This document shows, piece by piece, positions 7,191 through 15,786 of a stretch of DNA of 64,000 bases; position 1 is the first letter of the stretch; every line of letters begins with the position of its first letter. The translations under genes were made by a program, and so were the position numbers. Origin of the DNA: a virus. The stretch lies in the IMG/VR virus record IMGVR_UViG_3300010883_024574, positions 1 to 64,000 of that record; one strand, 5' to 3'. A model generated the notes under the pieces. The model was given only the letters and a program-made list of their open reading frames with translations. It was not told where the DNA came from and searched no databases.

Positions 7191-8834
7191 ATGTGCGGAT
7201 TTGTAACCTATCTTGGCTCTAAATATAGTAGAAAAGACTTAGAGCCTCATGTTAACAAGATTCAATATCGGGGGCCAGATGGCTCTACATATAAAAAAGT
7301 ATCTTCAAATATTTCCTTCTTCTTTCATAGGCTTGCAATAATTGATGCATCTGAATCTGGAGATCAACCATTATATCTTCCAGAGGATTTGAATATTTCC
7401 ATTATTTGTAACGGAGAGATTTATAATTATAAAGAATTAATTTCAAAATATAACTTTAAAACAAACTCTGGATCTGATTGCGAAGTTATTTTGCATTTAT
7501 ATAAAAAGTTTGGTATAGAGAAAACTCTCAATATGTTAGATGGAGTATTCGCCTTTACCTTGTATGATGGAAATAAGGATATACTATATGCAGCAAGAGA
7601 TCCTTTCGGAGTCAGACCAGCCTTCTTTGGAGAGACCTATGATGGTGAGTTCATGTTGTCATCAGAAGCAAAGGCTATAAGCGATCTTTGTGATCTTATA
7701 TATCCATTTCCTCCCGGAACATGGTGGTCATCAGACGAGCCAAATGTGTTTTTATCATATCACTCTATCCTAAACATGAAAGAAAAGGCCTCATCAGAAG
7801 AAGAGATATGCAAAAACATACGACGAAGCTTAGTCGCAGCTGTTGAAAAAAGATTAATGTCGGAAAGAGAAATAGGATGCTTATTATCAGGAGGCTTAGA
7901 CTCAAGCCTTATAGCCGCCTTGGTGTCTCATATGCTAAAGGGCTATAGACTGATAGACGATGAGTGGAAATTATTTGAAGATCTGAAGTGTTCAACTCTT
8001 ATCAAAACCTTTGGCATAGGGATGAGCGGAAGCCCAGACCTAAAGTATGCAAAAAAAGTTGCCAAGTGGATTGGCAGTGACCATAATGAGGTCAGGTTAA
8101 CAAAATTAGATTTTTTAAATGCTATAGACGAAGTTATATATAAAATCGAATCATATGACACCACTACCGTCAGAGCCAGCATTGGAAACTATCTTGTATC
8201 AAAGTATATAAAGGAAAATACAGATTGTAAAGTCATTTTTAATGGAGACGGAAGCGATGAAGTATGCTGTGGATATGTTTACAATGCAAACGCTCCAACT
8301 CCAGGCGAATTACAATTAGAATCTCTTAGACTATTAGATGAAATTTATATGTTTGATGTACTAAGATCAGATAGAAGCATAAGCTCTAATGGGCTGGAGG
8401 CAAGAACACCTTTTCTAGACAAAAGCTTCGTCAGCCTATACTTATCTATACCTCCAGCTATGAAGACTTTTGATAAAACAAATAAGATTGAAAAATATTT
8501 GCTAAGAAAAGCTTTCGAGAAAGATAATTTATTGCCGCCAGAAGTTCTTTGGAGACATAAGTGTGCCTTTTCAGATGGAGTAAGCAGTATAAAAAATTCT
8601 TGGCACAAATCTATTAAGGAGTTTGTGGACAACATCGTAACTGATGATGAGTTCTGTAAGGCTTCGGAAGACATTAATCATTGTAAGCCTTTACTCAAAG
8701 AAAGTTATTATTATAGAAAGATCTTTAACAACTTGTTTCCTGGGCAGCATCATTTGATTGCTCATTTTTGGATGCCAAAGTGGACAGATGCTATAGACCC
8801 CTCTGCTCGCGAGCTTGGAGGCTATAAAGAATGA
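7191..8834 (+). CDS. asnB: asparagine synthetase B (glutamine-hydrolysing)
   Basis: N-terminal MCG, RGPD, NGEIYN, SDCEV, LSGGLDSS, ESYDTTTVRAS, GDGSDE, EARTPFLD, DPSAR. Confidence 0.95.
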   Translation: MCGFVTYLGSKYSRKDLEPHVNKIQYRGPDGSTYKKVSSNISFFFHRLAIIDASESGDQPLYLPEDLNISIICNGEIYNYKELISKYNFKTNSGSDCEVILHLYKKFGIEKTLNMLDGVFAFTLYDGNKDILYAARDPFGVRPAFFGETYDGEFMLSSEAKAISDLCDLIYPFPPGTWWSSDEPNVFLSYHSILNMKEKASSEEEICKNIRRSLVAAVEKRLMSEREIGCLLSGGLDSSLIAALVSHMLKGYRLIDDEWKLFEDLKCSTLIKTFGIGMSGSPDLKYAKKVAKWIGSDHNEVRLTKLDFLNAIDEVIYKIESYDTTTVRASIGNYLVSKYIKENTDCKVIFNGDGSDEVCCGYVYNANAPTPGELQLESLRLLDEIYMFDVLRSDRSISSNGLEARTPFLDKSFVSLYLSIPPAMKTFDKTNKIEKYLLRKAFEKDNLLPPEVLWRHKCAFSDGVSSIKNSWHKSIKEFVDNIVTDDEFCKASEDINHCKPLLKESYYYRKIFNNLFPGQHHLIAHFWMPKWTDAIDPSARELGGYKE

Positions 8835-8865
8835 TAGACATTATTTATCATTATTAGGAGTTTGT

Positions 8866-9444
8866 ATGAACTATAAAGAAATTGAATATAAATATTGGAC
8901 GAAAGACCTGTCTAAAGAAGAATTCTTAACCAAAGAAGAATTCTTAAAAAGAATTGAAAGTGTCGTGTCTAAAGAACCTGACTGGGAAATGCCAGAGGTT
9001 ATATATGTTGTATCCTGCGATGATTATTATACCAAAGAAAATGGGAGTGGAACTGACTTTGTACGCTTTAGAAAAGGCGGAGGAAGATACGAGTTGACCC
9101 TGAAGAGAAAAGAAAAAGAAAATGTTGTCAGAACAGAGATAAATCTAAATGTTACTAACAATGAAGATTCGGCTATAGTAGAGTTTTTAACATTAAGTGG
9201 CTACAGCTTGGCTTTCCAGGTTTACAAGGAGGCTTGGATTTGGAACTTTAATGACTGTGACGTGTCATATTATACCCTTTCAGACGGAAGAAGTGTTATT
9301 GAATTAGAAGCAATTAATTATTCCACAGTTAGAGGCGGTGTTGCTGCTATAAACAAATGGGAAAAAATGCTTAAGCTGAAAACACTAGATAAAGAACCTA
9401 GGTCATTATATGAGATCTTTACAGAAGAAAGAACGATTGAGTGA
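8866..9444 (+). CDS. CYTH-domain (triphosphate tunnel) enzyme
   Basis: EIEYKY (ExExK), VRFR, LTLK, RTEIN, IELE; AGGAG RBS before ATG 8866. Confidence 0.8.
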   Translation: MNYKEIEYKYWTKDLSKEEFLTKEEFLKRIESVVSKEPDWEMPEVIYVVSCDDYYTKENGSGTDFVRFRKGGGRYELTLKRKEKENVVRTEINLNVTNNEDSAIVEFLTLSGYSLAFQVYKEAWIWNFNDCDVSYYTLSDGRSVIELEAINYSTVRGGVAAINKWEKMLKLKTLDKEPRSLYEIFTEERTIE

Positions 9445-9743
9445 TTAAAGATAATGTTATAGAGGTTTTGTACAGATCCCTTCGTGACTCTATATCAAAT
9501 CAGATAGCCTGTGTTGATTTTGATGAGAAGAGAAGTACAATATACCTAACCTTAAAGGGAGAGGCTATGCCATATCCATATGATCATTCGCTTGATGATG
9601 AAAATAAGATTTATTTTAATGGGTCTATATGGAAAATTAATAAAAATGGTATAGAAAATATGTCTGAAAGATCCGATAGCACAGAAGGTCTTAGCCGGAA
9701 ACCTTGGGCTAAAAGATTTCTTAAATATTGTAAATTAATTTAG
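9441..9743 (+). CDS. hypothetical protein
   Basis: GTGA overlap with the upstream stop. Confidence 0.6.
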   Translation: MIKDNVIEVLYRSLRDSISNQIACVDFDEKRSTIYLTLKGEAMPYPYDHSLDDENKIYFNGSIWKINKNGIENMSERSDSTEGLSRKPWAKRFLKYCKLI

Positions 9744-9753
9744 TGAGTAAAAT

Positions 9754-10005
9754 ATGACTGATACAGAGTTTATAACTAGGCTGAAAATTTCAAGCATCGT
9801 TGAGAATGACGATGGAACCAGCACACTTAATTTTGATTTAAATGATGAATTTATAGAATGGTTTAAAGAAAGAGAGGGTTTGAAAAGATTTTCTCACAAA
9901 AGGTTTCAGAAGGTAATTGCAGAGGCTATAAGAGATTACGCCAAGAAAGAAGATAAAAACTTTACGGGAGTAATTGGAAACATTGTCTTGGAAGAGAGCA
10001 CATAG
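9754..10005 (+). CDS. hypothetical phage protein
   Basis: ORF; ENDDGTS-type beta-hairpin start. Confidence 0.7.
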   Translation: MTDTEFITRLKISSIVENDDGTSTLNFDLNDEFIEWFKEREGLKRFSHKRFQKVIAEAIRDYAKKEDKNFTGVIGNIVLEEST

Positions 10006-10050
10006 ATATACCTGCCTACTTTAAGTACAATCTTTTAAGCGAGATTTGAT

Positions 10051-10344
10051 ATGAAAAAAAAGAAGGTCTTAGGTTATAAGATTAGACACTCAGAAACAAA
10101 GCTATATTTATCTTCCATATCTAAAAAGAAGTGGACAAAGATTGGTAAGACCTGGCCGAGGAAGTGTGATGCCGTTAGGGCTATAAACATAGGCATGAAA
10201 TTCTTTACTAGATGGAAAAGCTTTAAGCAAAAAGATAAAGAAGATATATTTGAAGATATAGCAAACTGGGAAGTAGTTGAGCTAACAGAAGAGTCATCCT
10301 ACCCTGTGTTATTTCTGCTTGATAAAATAAAAACAGGAGAATAA
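10051..10344 (+). CDS. hypothetical protein
   Basis: ORF abutting the next gene. Confidence 0.65.
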   Translation: MKKKKVLGYKIRHSETKLYLSSISKKKWTKIGKTWPRKCDAVRAINIGMKFFTRWKSFKQKDKEDIFEDIANWEVVELTEESSYPVLFLLDKIKTGE

Positions 10345-10581
10345 ATGACTGACTTATCCGATAATTTTTTTAACGCACTCCTCAAAAGGTATGAGGCTGA
10401 AAAATCACAAGCCCTTGTGTCAACTCAGTTGTTATTAAGCAACTCTGTAGGAATAGGCGAACATTCAAACATTTTAGATGAACTCGATTCTTGGATAAAA
10501 GCTTTATCAGAAGCGGAAGAGAAGTTGAGCACCTTAAAAAACAATTTTCCACACTTACTTGTTAAGACTCTTAATCCATAA
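10345..10581 (+). CDS. conserved small phage protein (GIGEH family)
   Basis: NSVGIGEHSNILDE motif; AGGAG RBS. Confidence 0.75.
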   Translation: MTDLSDNFFNALLKRYEAEKSQALVSTQLLLSNSVGIGEHSNILDELDSWIKALSEAEEKLSTLKNNFPHLLVKTLNP

Positions 10582-10596
10582 CCAAAGGAGATAAAC

Positions 10597-10920
10597 ATGA
10601 CATTTGCAGCAAAACTTGACGAAGCAACCCCTCAATCAGTCTGGGAAGAACAAGAGGGGCTTGGAGGCAGACTCTTGCTAACTATACCCTTCGGATCTCG
10701 CATAGATGATATGCAGGGGTTTGTTTCTATGATGGGAGAAGACGACTTTGAAGCGGCTCCGTTTCCCGTTCTTACCTTCTGCGTAGCAAAGCCTATCGGC
10801 GGAGCAATAGTCTCTACTGTAGTGTTTCCAGGTAATGATTTATTTTTAGACTTTATTGACAAAATGCACTTCGATGCATACTCAAGATTTGATAGAACAA
10901 ATTTATTAATCGAAAATTAA
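10597..10920 (+). CDS. hypothetical protein
   Basis: AAGGAG RBS. Confidence 0.7.
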   Translation: MTFAAKLDEATPQSVWEEQEGLGGRLLLTIPFGSRIDDMQGFVSMMGEDDFEAAPFPVLTFCVAKPIGGAIVSTVVFPGNDLFLDFIDKMHFDAYSRFDRTNLLIEN

Positions 10921-11180
10921 TTCTTAACATTTACCTCTTGTCTAAACACAGGGTTTGTCAAAGAGGTTTTGTTTATGAAGCCTTTATATGGAGGCAGAAC
11001 AATATTTCTGCTTTTGTTCTTTAGGCTTTTATTTATATCTTCATATTTTAAAGGCTTATCTTCAATGCTTGGAGTCAAAACTGCCAAACTATAATTGCCG
11101 AACAGTCCTGTAAATATTATGATAATTATAAAAATTTTAAATATGATCTTTGTTAACATAACTTTTCCCAACTTACACAC
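10917..11180 (-). CDS. possible small membrane or secreted protein
   Basis: hydrophobic N-terminus; fills a gap with no + strand ORF. Confidence 0.4.
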   Translation of the reverse strand: MCKLGKVMLTKIIFKIFIIIIIFTGLFGNYSLAVLTPSIEDKPLKYEDINKSLKNKSRNIVLPPYKGFINKTSLTNPVFRQEVNVKN

Positions 11181-11267
11181 AAACAGTATCTATTACTCAA
11201 CCAGAATAAACTAGAGCATTTTGCTATAATTACATGCTTTAAAGTAATAGAACCGGAGAAGAGACCA

Positions 11268-11591
11268 TTGTTAGAAGAACTAATCAAACTTTCTAAAGAG
11301 CTTATGAATATGGAATTAACCAAAGAGGCTTTAGAAATTAATAATATGATCCATAAATTATATGGAGTAGGTGGAGCCTCGCCTGTTCCGCGTCATAACG
11401 ACAATGAACAGAGCAGATACTCGATTGATACAAATGTAGATCATTCTTCTTTAGAAGAAGTTAGAGAAATTATAGTAAATAATTATAACAATGAGGAGTT
11501 TAGATACGGAATATCAGACCTCTTGATTGAATCCATGTCGGTAGATGATTTAGAAATTATCAAAGAAGCAATTACAGAATATTTGGAATAA
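11268..11591 (+). CDS. hypothetical protein with the shared N-terminal helical motif
   Basis: LIKLSKELMNMELTKEALEINNMI resembles the motif in 18168, 28248, 28866 and 30718. Confidence 0.65.
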   Translation: MLEELIKLSKELMNMELTKEALEINNMIHKLYGVGGASPVPRHNDNEQSRYSIDTNVDHSSLEEVREIIVNNYNNEEFRYGISDLLIESMSVDDLEIIKEAITEYLE

Positions 11592-11594
11592 CAT

Positions 11595-11882
11595 ATGGAT
11601 AATATAACAATTTTTAGTTGGATATTCTTATTTTTATCTTTTATATTATCTGTTTTTAATATATCAATATTATTTATTTTTATAAATCGAATAAAAGAAA
11701 GCTTTATAGAGAAAAGCTTAAGCATAAACGCTCAAGAGTTTGATCTAATACAAAGACAGCTTCTATTGCTACAAGCAAAGACTGATATGAACACAAAGAG
11801 GGTAGATTCTATTGAGAAAGTGCTATCTGTTATGATTGCGTCAGGAGGCTACAGCGACGGTGGCGACGGGATCCTTCACTAA
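11595..11882 (+). CDS. membrane-anchored coiled-coil protein
   Basis: N-terminal hydrophobic helix followed by a heptad-like segment. Confidence 0.6.
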   Translation: MDNITIFSWIFLFLSFILSVFNISILFIFINRIKESFIEKSLSINAQEFDLIQRQLLLLQAKTDMNTKRVDSIEKVLSVMIASGGYSDGGDGILH

Positions 11883-11980
11883 CTTGCTATAGAAGCTTTT
11901 GTATAGTACTCCTTTAATAAAATTTAATACTGTTTAGGCATCGACTATACGCCCTTGAGTAGTAGTGCGAGATTTTTATT

Positions 11981-12703
11981 ATGATTAAATTGCTTGGTAG
12001 TATCCCAAACAAAATTGCTATTGCTGTATCAGGCGGGCCTGATAGCATGGCGGCTCTTAATTTCCTCCGTAACGGGGGTAAGAGAGAGGTCTTGGCCCTG
12101 CACTTCAATCATGGCACAGGAAGGCACTCAGTGGAGGCAGAGGCCCTGCTACAGTGTTATTGTGAAGACAATGGAGTACCCCTTGTTGTGGGCCAGTTGT
12201 CCAGAGGTAAGTTAAAAGAAGAGTCTAAAGAAGAATTTTGGAGAAATGAAAGATATTCTTTCTTTGGAGATTATCTGCTGGGGCCTTTCTCACAGCTGAT
12301 GCAGCCTTCAGAGCGTAGAAGGATTAATGCTTATCAGATTGAGTATGACCTTCTTGCGGATTTTTATTATTCTAATCCACCAATTATAACCTGTCATCAT
12401 CTTGATGATGCAGTAGAGACTTGGATCTTTACCTCCTTGCATGGCAACTCGATGCTTATTCCATACAAACGAGATAACTTTATTCGACCCTTTCTATCTA
12501 CAAGAAAGGCCGAGCTTACTGATTGGTGTGAGAATAAAAGGATTCCATACATTATTGATCCAAGCAATGAGGATACTTCTTATATGCGAAACTTCATTAG
12601 GCACACCTTATTGCCAAACGCTCTAAGGGTAAATCCTGGGCTTCACAAGGTTGTTAGAAAGAGGGTGGAAAAAGCATACAGAGAAAGTGTAGACCTTATC
12701 TGA
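11981..12703 (+). CDS. tilS: tRNA(Ile)-lysidine synthetase, minimal catalytic domain
   Basis: AVSGGPDS PP-loop, HFNHG, R..RY, HHLDD.VET, RPFL, DPSN, RNFIRH. Confidence 0.92.
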   Translation: MIKLLGSIPNKIAIAVSGGPDSMAALNFLRNGGKREVLALHFNHGTGRHSVEAEALLQCYCEDNGVPLVVGQLSRGKLKEESKEEFWRNERYSFFGDYLLGPFSQLMQPSERRRINAYQIEYDLLADFYYSNPPIITCHHLDDAVETWIFTSLHGNSMLIPYKRDNFIRPFLSTRKAELTDWCENKRIPYIIDPSNEDTSYMRNFIRHTLLPNALRVNPGLHKVVRKRVEKAYRESVDLI

Positions 12704-12717
12704 TAAATGACTACAAT

Positions 12718-12803
12718 GGGGATGTGGCGGAATTGGTATACGCAGCAGACTTAAAATCTGTCGGTCAAAGACCTTGTGGGTTCGAGTCCCACCATCCCTA
12801 CCA
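12718..12803 (+). tRNA. tRNA-Leu (anticodon UAA) with encoded CCA
   Basis: GGGGATG/CATCCCT acceptor, GCAGA-CTTAAAA-TCTGT anticodon arm, long variable arm, GTGGG-TTCGAGT-CCCAC T-arm, ACCA end. Confidence 0.97.
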
Positions 12804-12824
12804 TTACTTTGGGTGATATAACTT

Positions 12825-13034
12825 ATGGAAAAAGAAATGACATGGACTATATTATACGTTGACAAAGATAGAAGTGTTCTTCATAAGTCGGTAAATGCTC
12901 CGCACGGAAAGCAGGAAGCCTGGGACTATATACGAGAGAATTTTGAATTAGATATAATCGCTATTGTTCCGGGAAGTCATAATGTTTTCTCGAAGAGAAA
13001 GTTGGACACAATAAAGGGTTCGACTCTATTATAA
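12825..13034 (+). CDS. hypothetical protein
   Basis: ORF directly after the tRNA. Confidence 0.6.
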   Translation: MEKEMTWTILYVDKDRSVLHKSVNAPHGKQEAWDYIRENFELDIIAIVPGSHNVFSKRKLDTIKGSTLL

Positions 13035-13105
13035 ATACTTATTAAGTATATTTTTTAAATATAGTATTATTTATAATAACTAATGATATGTTCCTATAAC
13101 ATTAA

Positions 13106-13387
13106 ATGGATAACAAAATGGGAAGTTTAGAATTGAGTAAAATTGAATTAAAAGGTCGGCCATTTGATGAGCATAGATGCTTTCATATAAAAGACTTTAG
13201 AAAAGGCGATTCAATTCGGATTAAGGAAAAGAAGAATCAAAAGCCTACTCGCGGCGTTGTAACTTCTATAGACTTAGATAATAATGTCATATCATATATG
13301 ACTGCTGACTTTGATAAAAATCAAACTACAATAAACTATATTGTTACTTTAGAAGAATATAAACGAAACTTCTTGGAGCAAAATTGA
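13106..13387 (+). CDS. hypothetical protein (possible SH3/KOW-like beta fold)
   Basis: FRKGDSIRI...GVVTSID pattern. Confidence 0.6.
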   Translation: MDNKMGSLELSKIELKGRPFDEHRCFHIKDFRKGDSIRIKEKKNQKPTRGVVTSIDLDNNVISYMTADFDKNQTTINYIVTLEEYKRNFLEQN

Positions 13388-13725
13388 TGGACTCCTACGA
13401 GTGCAAAGATAGGCTTGAAAAAATCCTAAACACTTTGCTTGAAGTTTTTGACGAACATGATGTTACGCCGGAAGATGGCGCTTTATTGTCTGCTAATTTA
13501 TTATTTAACTCTTTGAGTTTTCTGCGTGAAGGGGATGCTGATGATTTATTCTCTAAATCATTAGAACACATCATGAGTATGATGGATGGTTTATCTGAAC
13601 ATGCCGTTGCAGACCAACAACTTCTAGGCCCCGCAATCTTTAGACCTAAGATAAATTCAGTTTATCACTTTGGCCTTAAAGGTGTCTGGGGTCTTGATCC
13701 CGTTCTTCTTGACGAAGAGCATTAA
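13384..13725 (+). CDS. hypothetical protein
   Basis: overlapping start. Confidence 0.65.
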   Translation: MMDSYECKDRLEKILNTLLEVFDEHDVTPEDGALLSANLLFNSLSFLREGDADDLFSKSLEHIMSMMDGLSEHAVADQQLLGPAIFRPKINSVYHFGLKGVWGLDPVLLDEEH

Positions 13726-13746
13726 CAACATAGAGAAGGAGAGTGT

Positions 13747-13899
13747 ATGAGTAAACAAGCCGAATCTGATGCAGAAGTGCGTCCAAACTCACAGGAAATC
13801 CCTGTTGATAATAACTCGAACAATTCAAGCGGAAAGAGCCAGAAGTCTAATTCTTCAAAGAACTCTGACCGCATTATGATCTTTAACAAGGAGGAGTAG
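13747..13899 (+). CDS. 50-aa low-complexity protein, not in the ORF track (MSKQAESDAEV...RIMIFNKEE)
   Basis: AAGGAGAG RBS; fills the gap to the next gene. Confidence 0.55.
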   Translation: MSKQAESDAEVRPNSQEIPVDNNSNNSSGKSQKSNSSKNSDRIMIFNKEE

Positions 13900-13901
13900 A
13901 A

Positions 13902-14105
13902 ATGTCTTTAGTAAATCGTTCAAAGAACACAAAGAGTGTGTCGATGAGTCTTCGCAGCGGAGACTGTCGTAAACAGGCTGGCAGTAACCGGCTTCAAATC
14001 ACTGTCCAATCACTTGATTGGCGGATTCCGAGTCAGGCCGTTAATATGACTATTCGTGACGCACAAGCCTTGCGGAGTTTTCTGAATCAGTATCTTGATC
14101 AGTAG
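13902..14105 (+). CDS. hypothetical protein
   Basis: AAGGAGGAG RBS; followed by a terminator. Confidence 0.75.
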   Translation: MSLVNRSKNTKSVSMSLRSGDCRKQAGSNRLQITVQSLDWRIPSQAVNMTIRDAQALRSFLNQYLDQ

Positions 14106-14127
14106 GTCATATTTATCTGATTGAATT

Positions 14128-14165
14128 ATAGCCGCAGGGTGACGTTGCCCTGCGGCTATTTTTTT
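14128..14165 (+). terminator. intrinsic terminator
   Basis: ATAGCCGCAGGG...CCCTGCGGCTAT stem followed by a T run. Confidence 0.85.
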
Positions 14166-14239
14166 AATTTTAAAACTTGTTTTTTTCAGCTACTCCGGTA
14201 TATTTTCTTATCGAGAAGCAAACAAAGGTATATAAGCTT

Positions 14240-14917
14240 ATGCGTTTAGTACATTGGGTATCTAGATCTTCTGATTCTAAAATTGGTAAAATTGTTGCAT
14301 CTTACTCTCCACTGGATACTTGTCCTGATTCTTGTGTGTTCAAGTCTGGAGGGTGTTATGCTTGGGGGTTGTTCTACTTGAGAATCTTAGGAAAGAAAAT
14401 TGAAGATGGCAGAATTAAGGCCAAGCCTTTAAAGGAGGCTTTGAAGTCAAGACATAAGGATTGTAAAATTGTACGTCACAGGGTAGCTGGCGATGTAGTT
14501 GGCGATGTGGATGGCACGATTGAAGAGTGTCACTTGGTAGAGCAGGAGGGCTTGATCAACATAGGCTATACTCACGATTGGGAATCGGAAGAAACACAGC
14601 CATTAAAGAAATGGTTTAGAGCATCGTGCAATACCCTTGAAGATGTTTTGAAAGCGAAGATGATGGGGTGGACAACGACCCTTGCTGTTCATGGTGATGA
14701 TATTCCAAAGGCTATTAACGTCTTGGGTCAAAGAGGAATCTTGTGTCCTGCTCGTCATGATGTGCCGGGAAAGAAAGATATAACCTGTAATGATTGTACG
14801 CTGTGTAAGGTTACAGATAAGACAAAGGACATTGTCGTAATGTTTAAGGTACATGGAACAAAGGCTACTATCAAAGAAGCCACGGAGAGGTCTGTTGACA
14901 TTAACGAACTTAGATAG
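14240..14917 (+). CDS. Cys-rich phage protein, Gp88-like
   Basis: TCPxSC...GCYA, RHRVAGD, GYTH, CPA, CxxCxLC; ATG at 14240. Confidence 0.65.
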   Translation: MRLVHWVSRSSDSKIGKIVASYSPLDTCPDSCVFKSGGCYAWGLFYLRILGKKIEDGRIKAKPLKEALKSRHKDCKIVRHRVAGDVVGDVDGTIEECHLVEQEGLINIGYTHDWESEETQPLKKWFRASCNTLEDVLKAKMMGWTTTLAVHGDDIPKAINVLGQRGILCPARHDVPGKKDITCNDCTLCKVTDKTKDIVVMFKVHGTKATIKEATERSVDINELR

Positions 14918-15755
14918 TCGCAAAGTTTTAATTATTGACGGCTATAATATGATTCACAGGTGCCGCTTCCAATGGGGCGGCGGCGCAACTGATGGTGAGT
15001 ATCAGATAGTATATAATTTTTTCAGAACCCTGAGAGCGTTGCTGGAAGAGTTCTCTCCTGACTTAGTTTACTTTCCGTTAGACGGAAAGCCCGCAGTTAG
15101 ACTTGCTGCTTATGCTGAATACAAGGGCAATAGGAGGATAAAAACTGATGATCCAGAAGAAGTAGCGTATTGGGAATCTTTTCGGAGGCAGAAGCGGATC
15201 ATCATTGATTGTTTGAAAAGTCACTATCCGATAATTACAGCTTATCATCCAAATCACGAGTGCGATGATATTGTTTTATTTTTGATAGAAACGTATCATC
15301 TTGATGATGAAACCGTGATCGTATCAAGCGATACAGATTTTATACAGATTTTAAACAATTACTCAGATAGGGTAAAGCTTTATAATCCTATCTCCAAGAG
15401 TTATCGAGAAAATACAGATTATGATTATGTTGCATGGAAAGCTATGGTAGGAGATAAATCGGATAACATTCCCGGTGTTCGTGGAGTAGGAAAGAAAACG
15501 GCCTCAAAGATTTTGGCAACAGACGGGGAACTGTCAAAGCGAATGGAAGACCCTGTTTTTAAAAGCAACTTTGAAAAAAGTTATGGTCTAATAAAACTAT
15601 TAGACCTTTCGGCTGATGAACAAGAGATTGAATATACGAAAGGAAAACTTGACCACGATAATATTAAGCTTTCCTTTTCATCTATGAATTTCAAAACTTT
15701 TATTGAAGAAAATTATTTAAAAAGATATTTTAATACATTTGAAAATTTGATATAA
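14895..15755 (+). CDS. 5'-3' exonuclease/flap endonuclease (T4 RNase H or PolA N-terminal type)
   Basis: IIDGYN, YKGNR, ECDD, SSDTDF.Q, GDKSDNIPGV.GVG.KTA; TTG start after GGAGAGG. Confidence 0.93.
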   Translation: MTLTNLDSRKVLIIDGYNMIHRCRFQWGGGATDGEYQIVYNFFRTLRALLEEFSPDLVYFPLDGKPAVRLAAYAEYKGNRRIKTDDPEEVAYWESFRRQKRIIIDCLKSHYPIITAYHPNHECDDIVLFLIETYHLDDETVIVSSDTDFIQILNNYSDRVKLYNPISKSYRENTDYDYVAWKAMVGDKSDNIPGVRGVGKKTASKILATDGELSKRMEDPVFKSNFEKSYGLIKLLDLSADEQEIEYTKGKLDHDNIKLSFSSMNFKTFIEENYLKRYFNTFENLI

Positions 15756-15768
15756 ACCGTAGTATAAT
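15739..15768 (+). promoter_or_regulatory. sigma70-type promoter upstream of glutamine synthetase
   Basis: TTGAAA-18 nt-TATAAT, then AAGGAG RBS. Confidence 0.5.
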
Positions 15769-15786
15769 ATGGTATAAGGAGAAAAT

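Noticed and set aside
7191-8834. AsnB as a lasso-peptide cyclase
   Set aside because: It keeps the N-terminal catalytic Cys glutaminase domain and canonical AsnB motifs; there is no B protein or lasso-type precursor.
12623-12865. 80-aa - strand ORF
   Set aside because: It is the antisense reading of tRNA-Leu.
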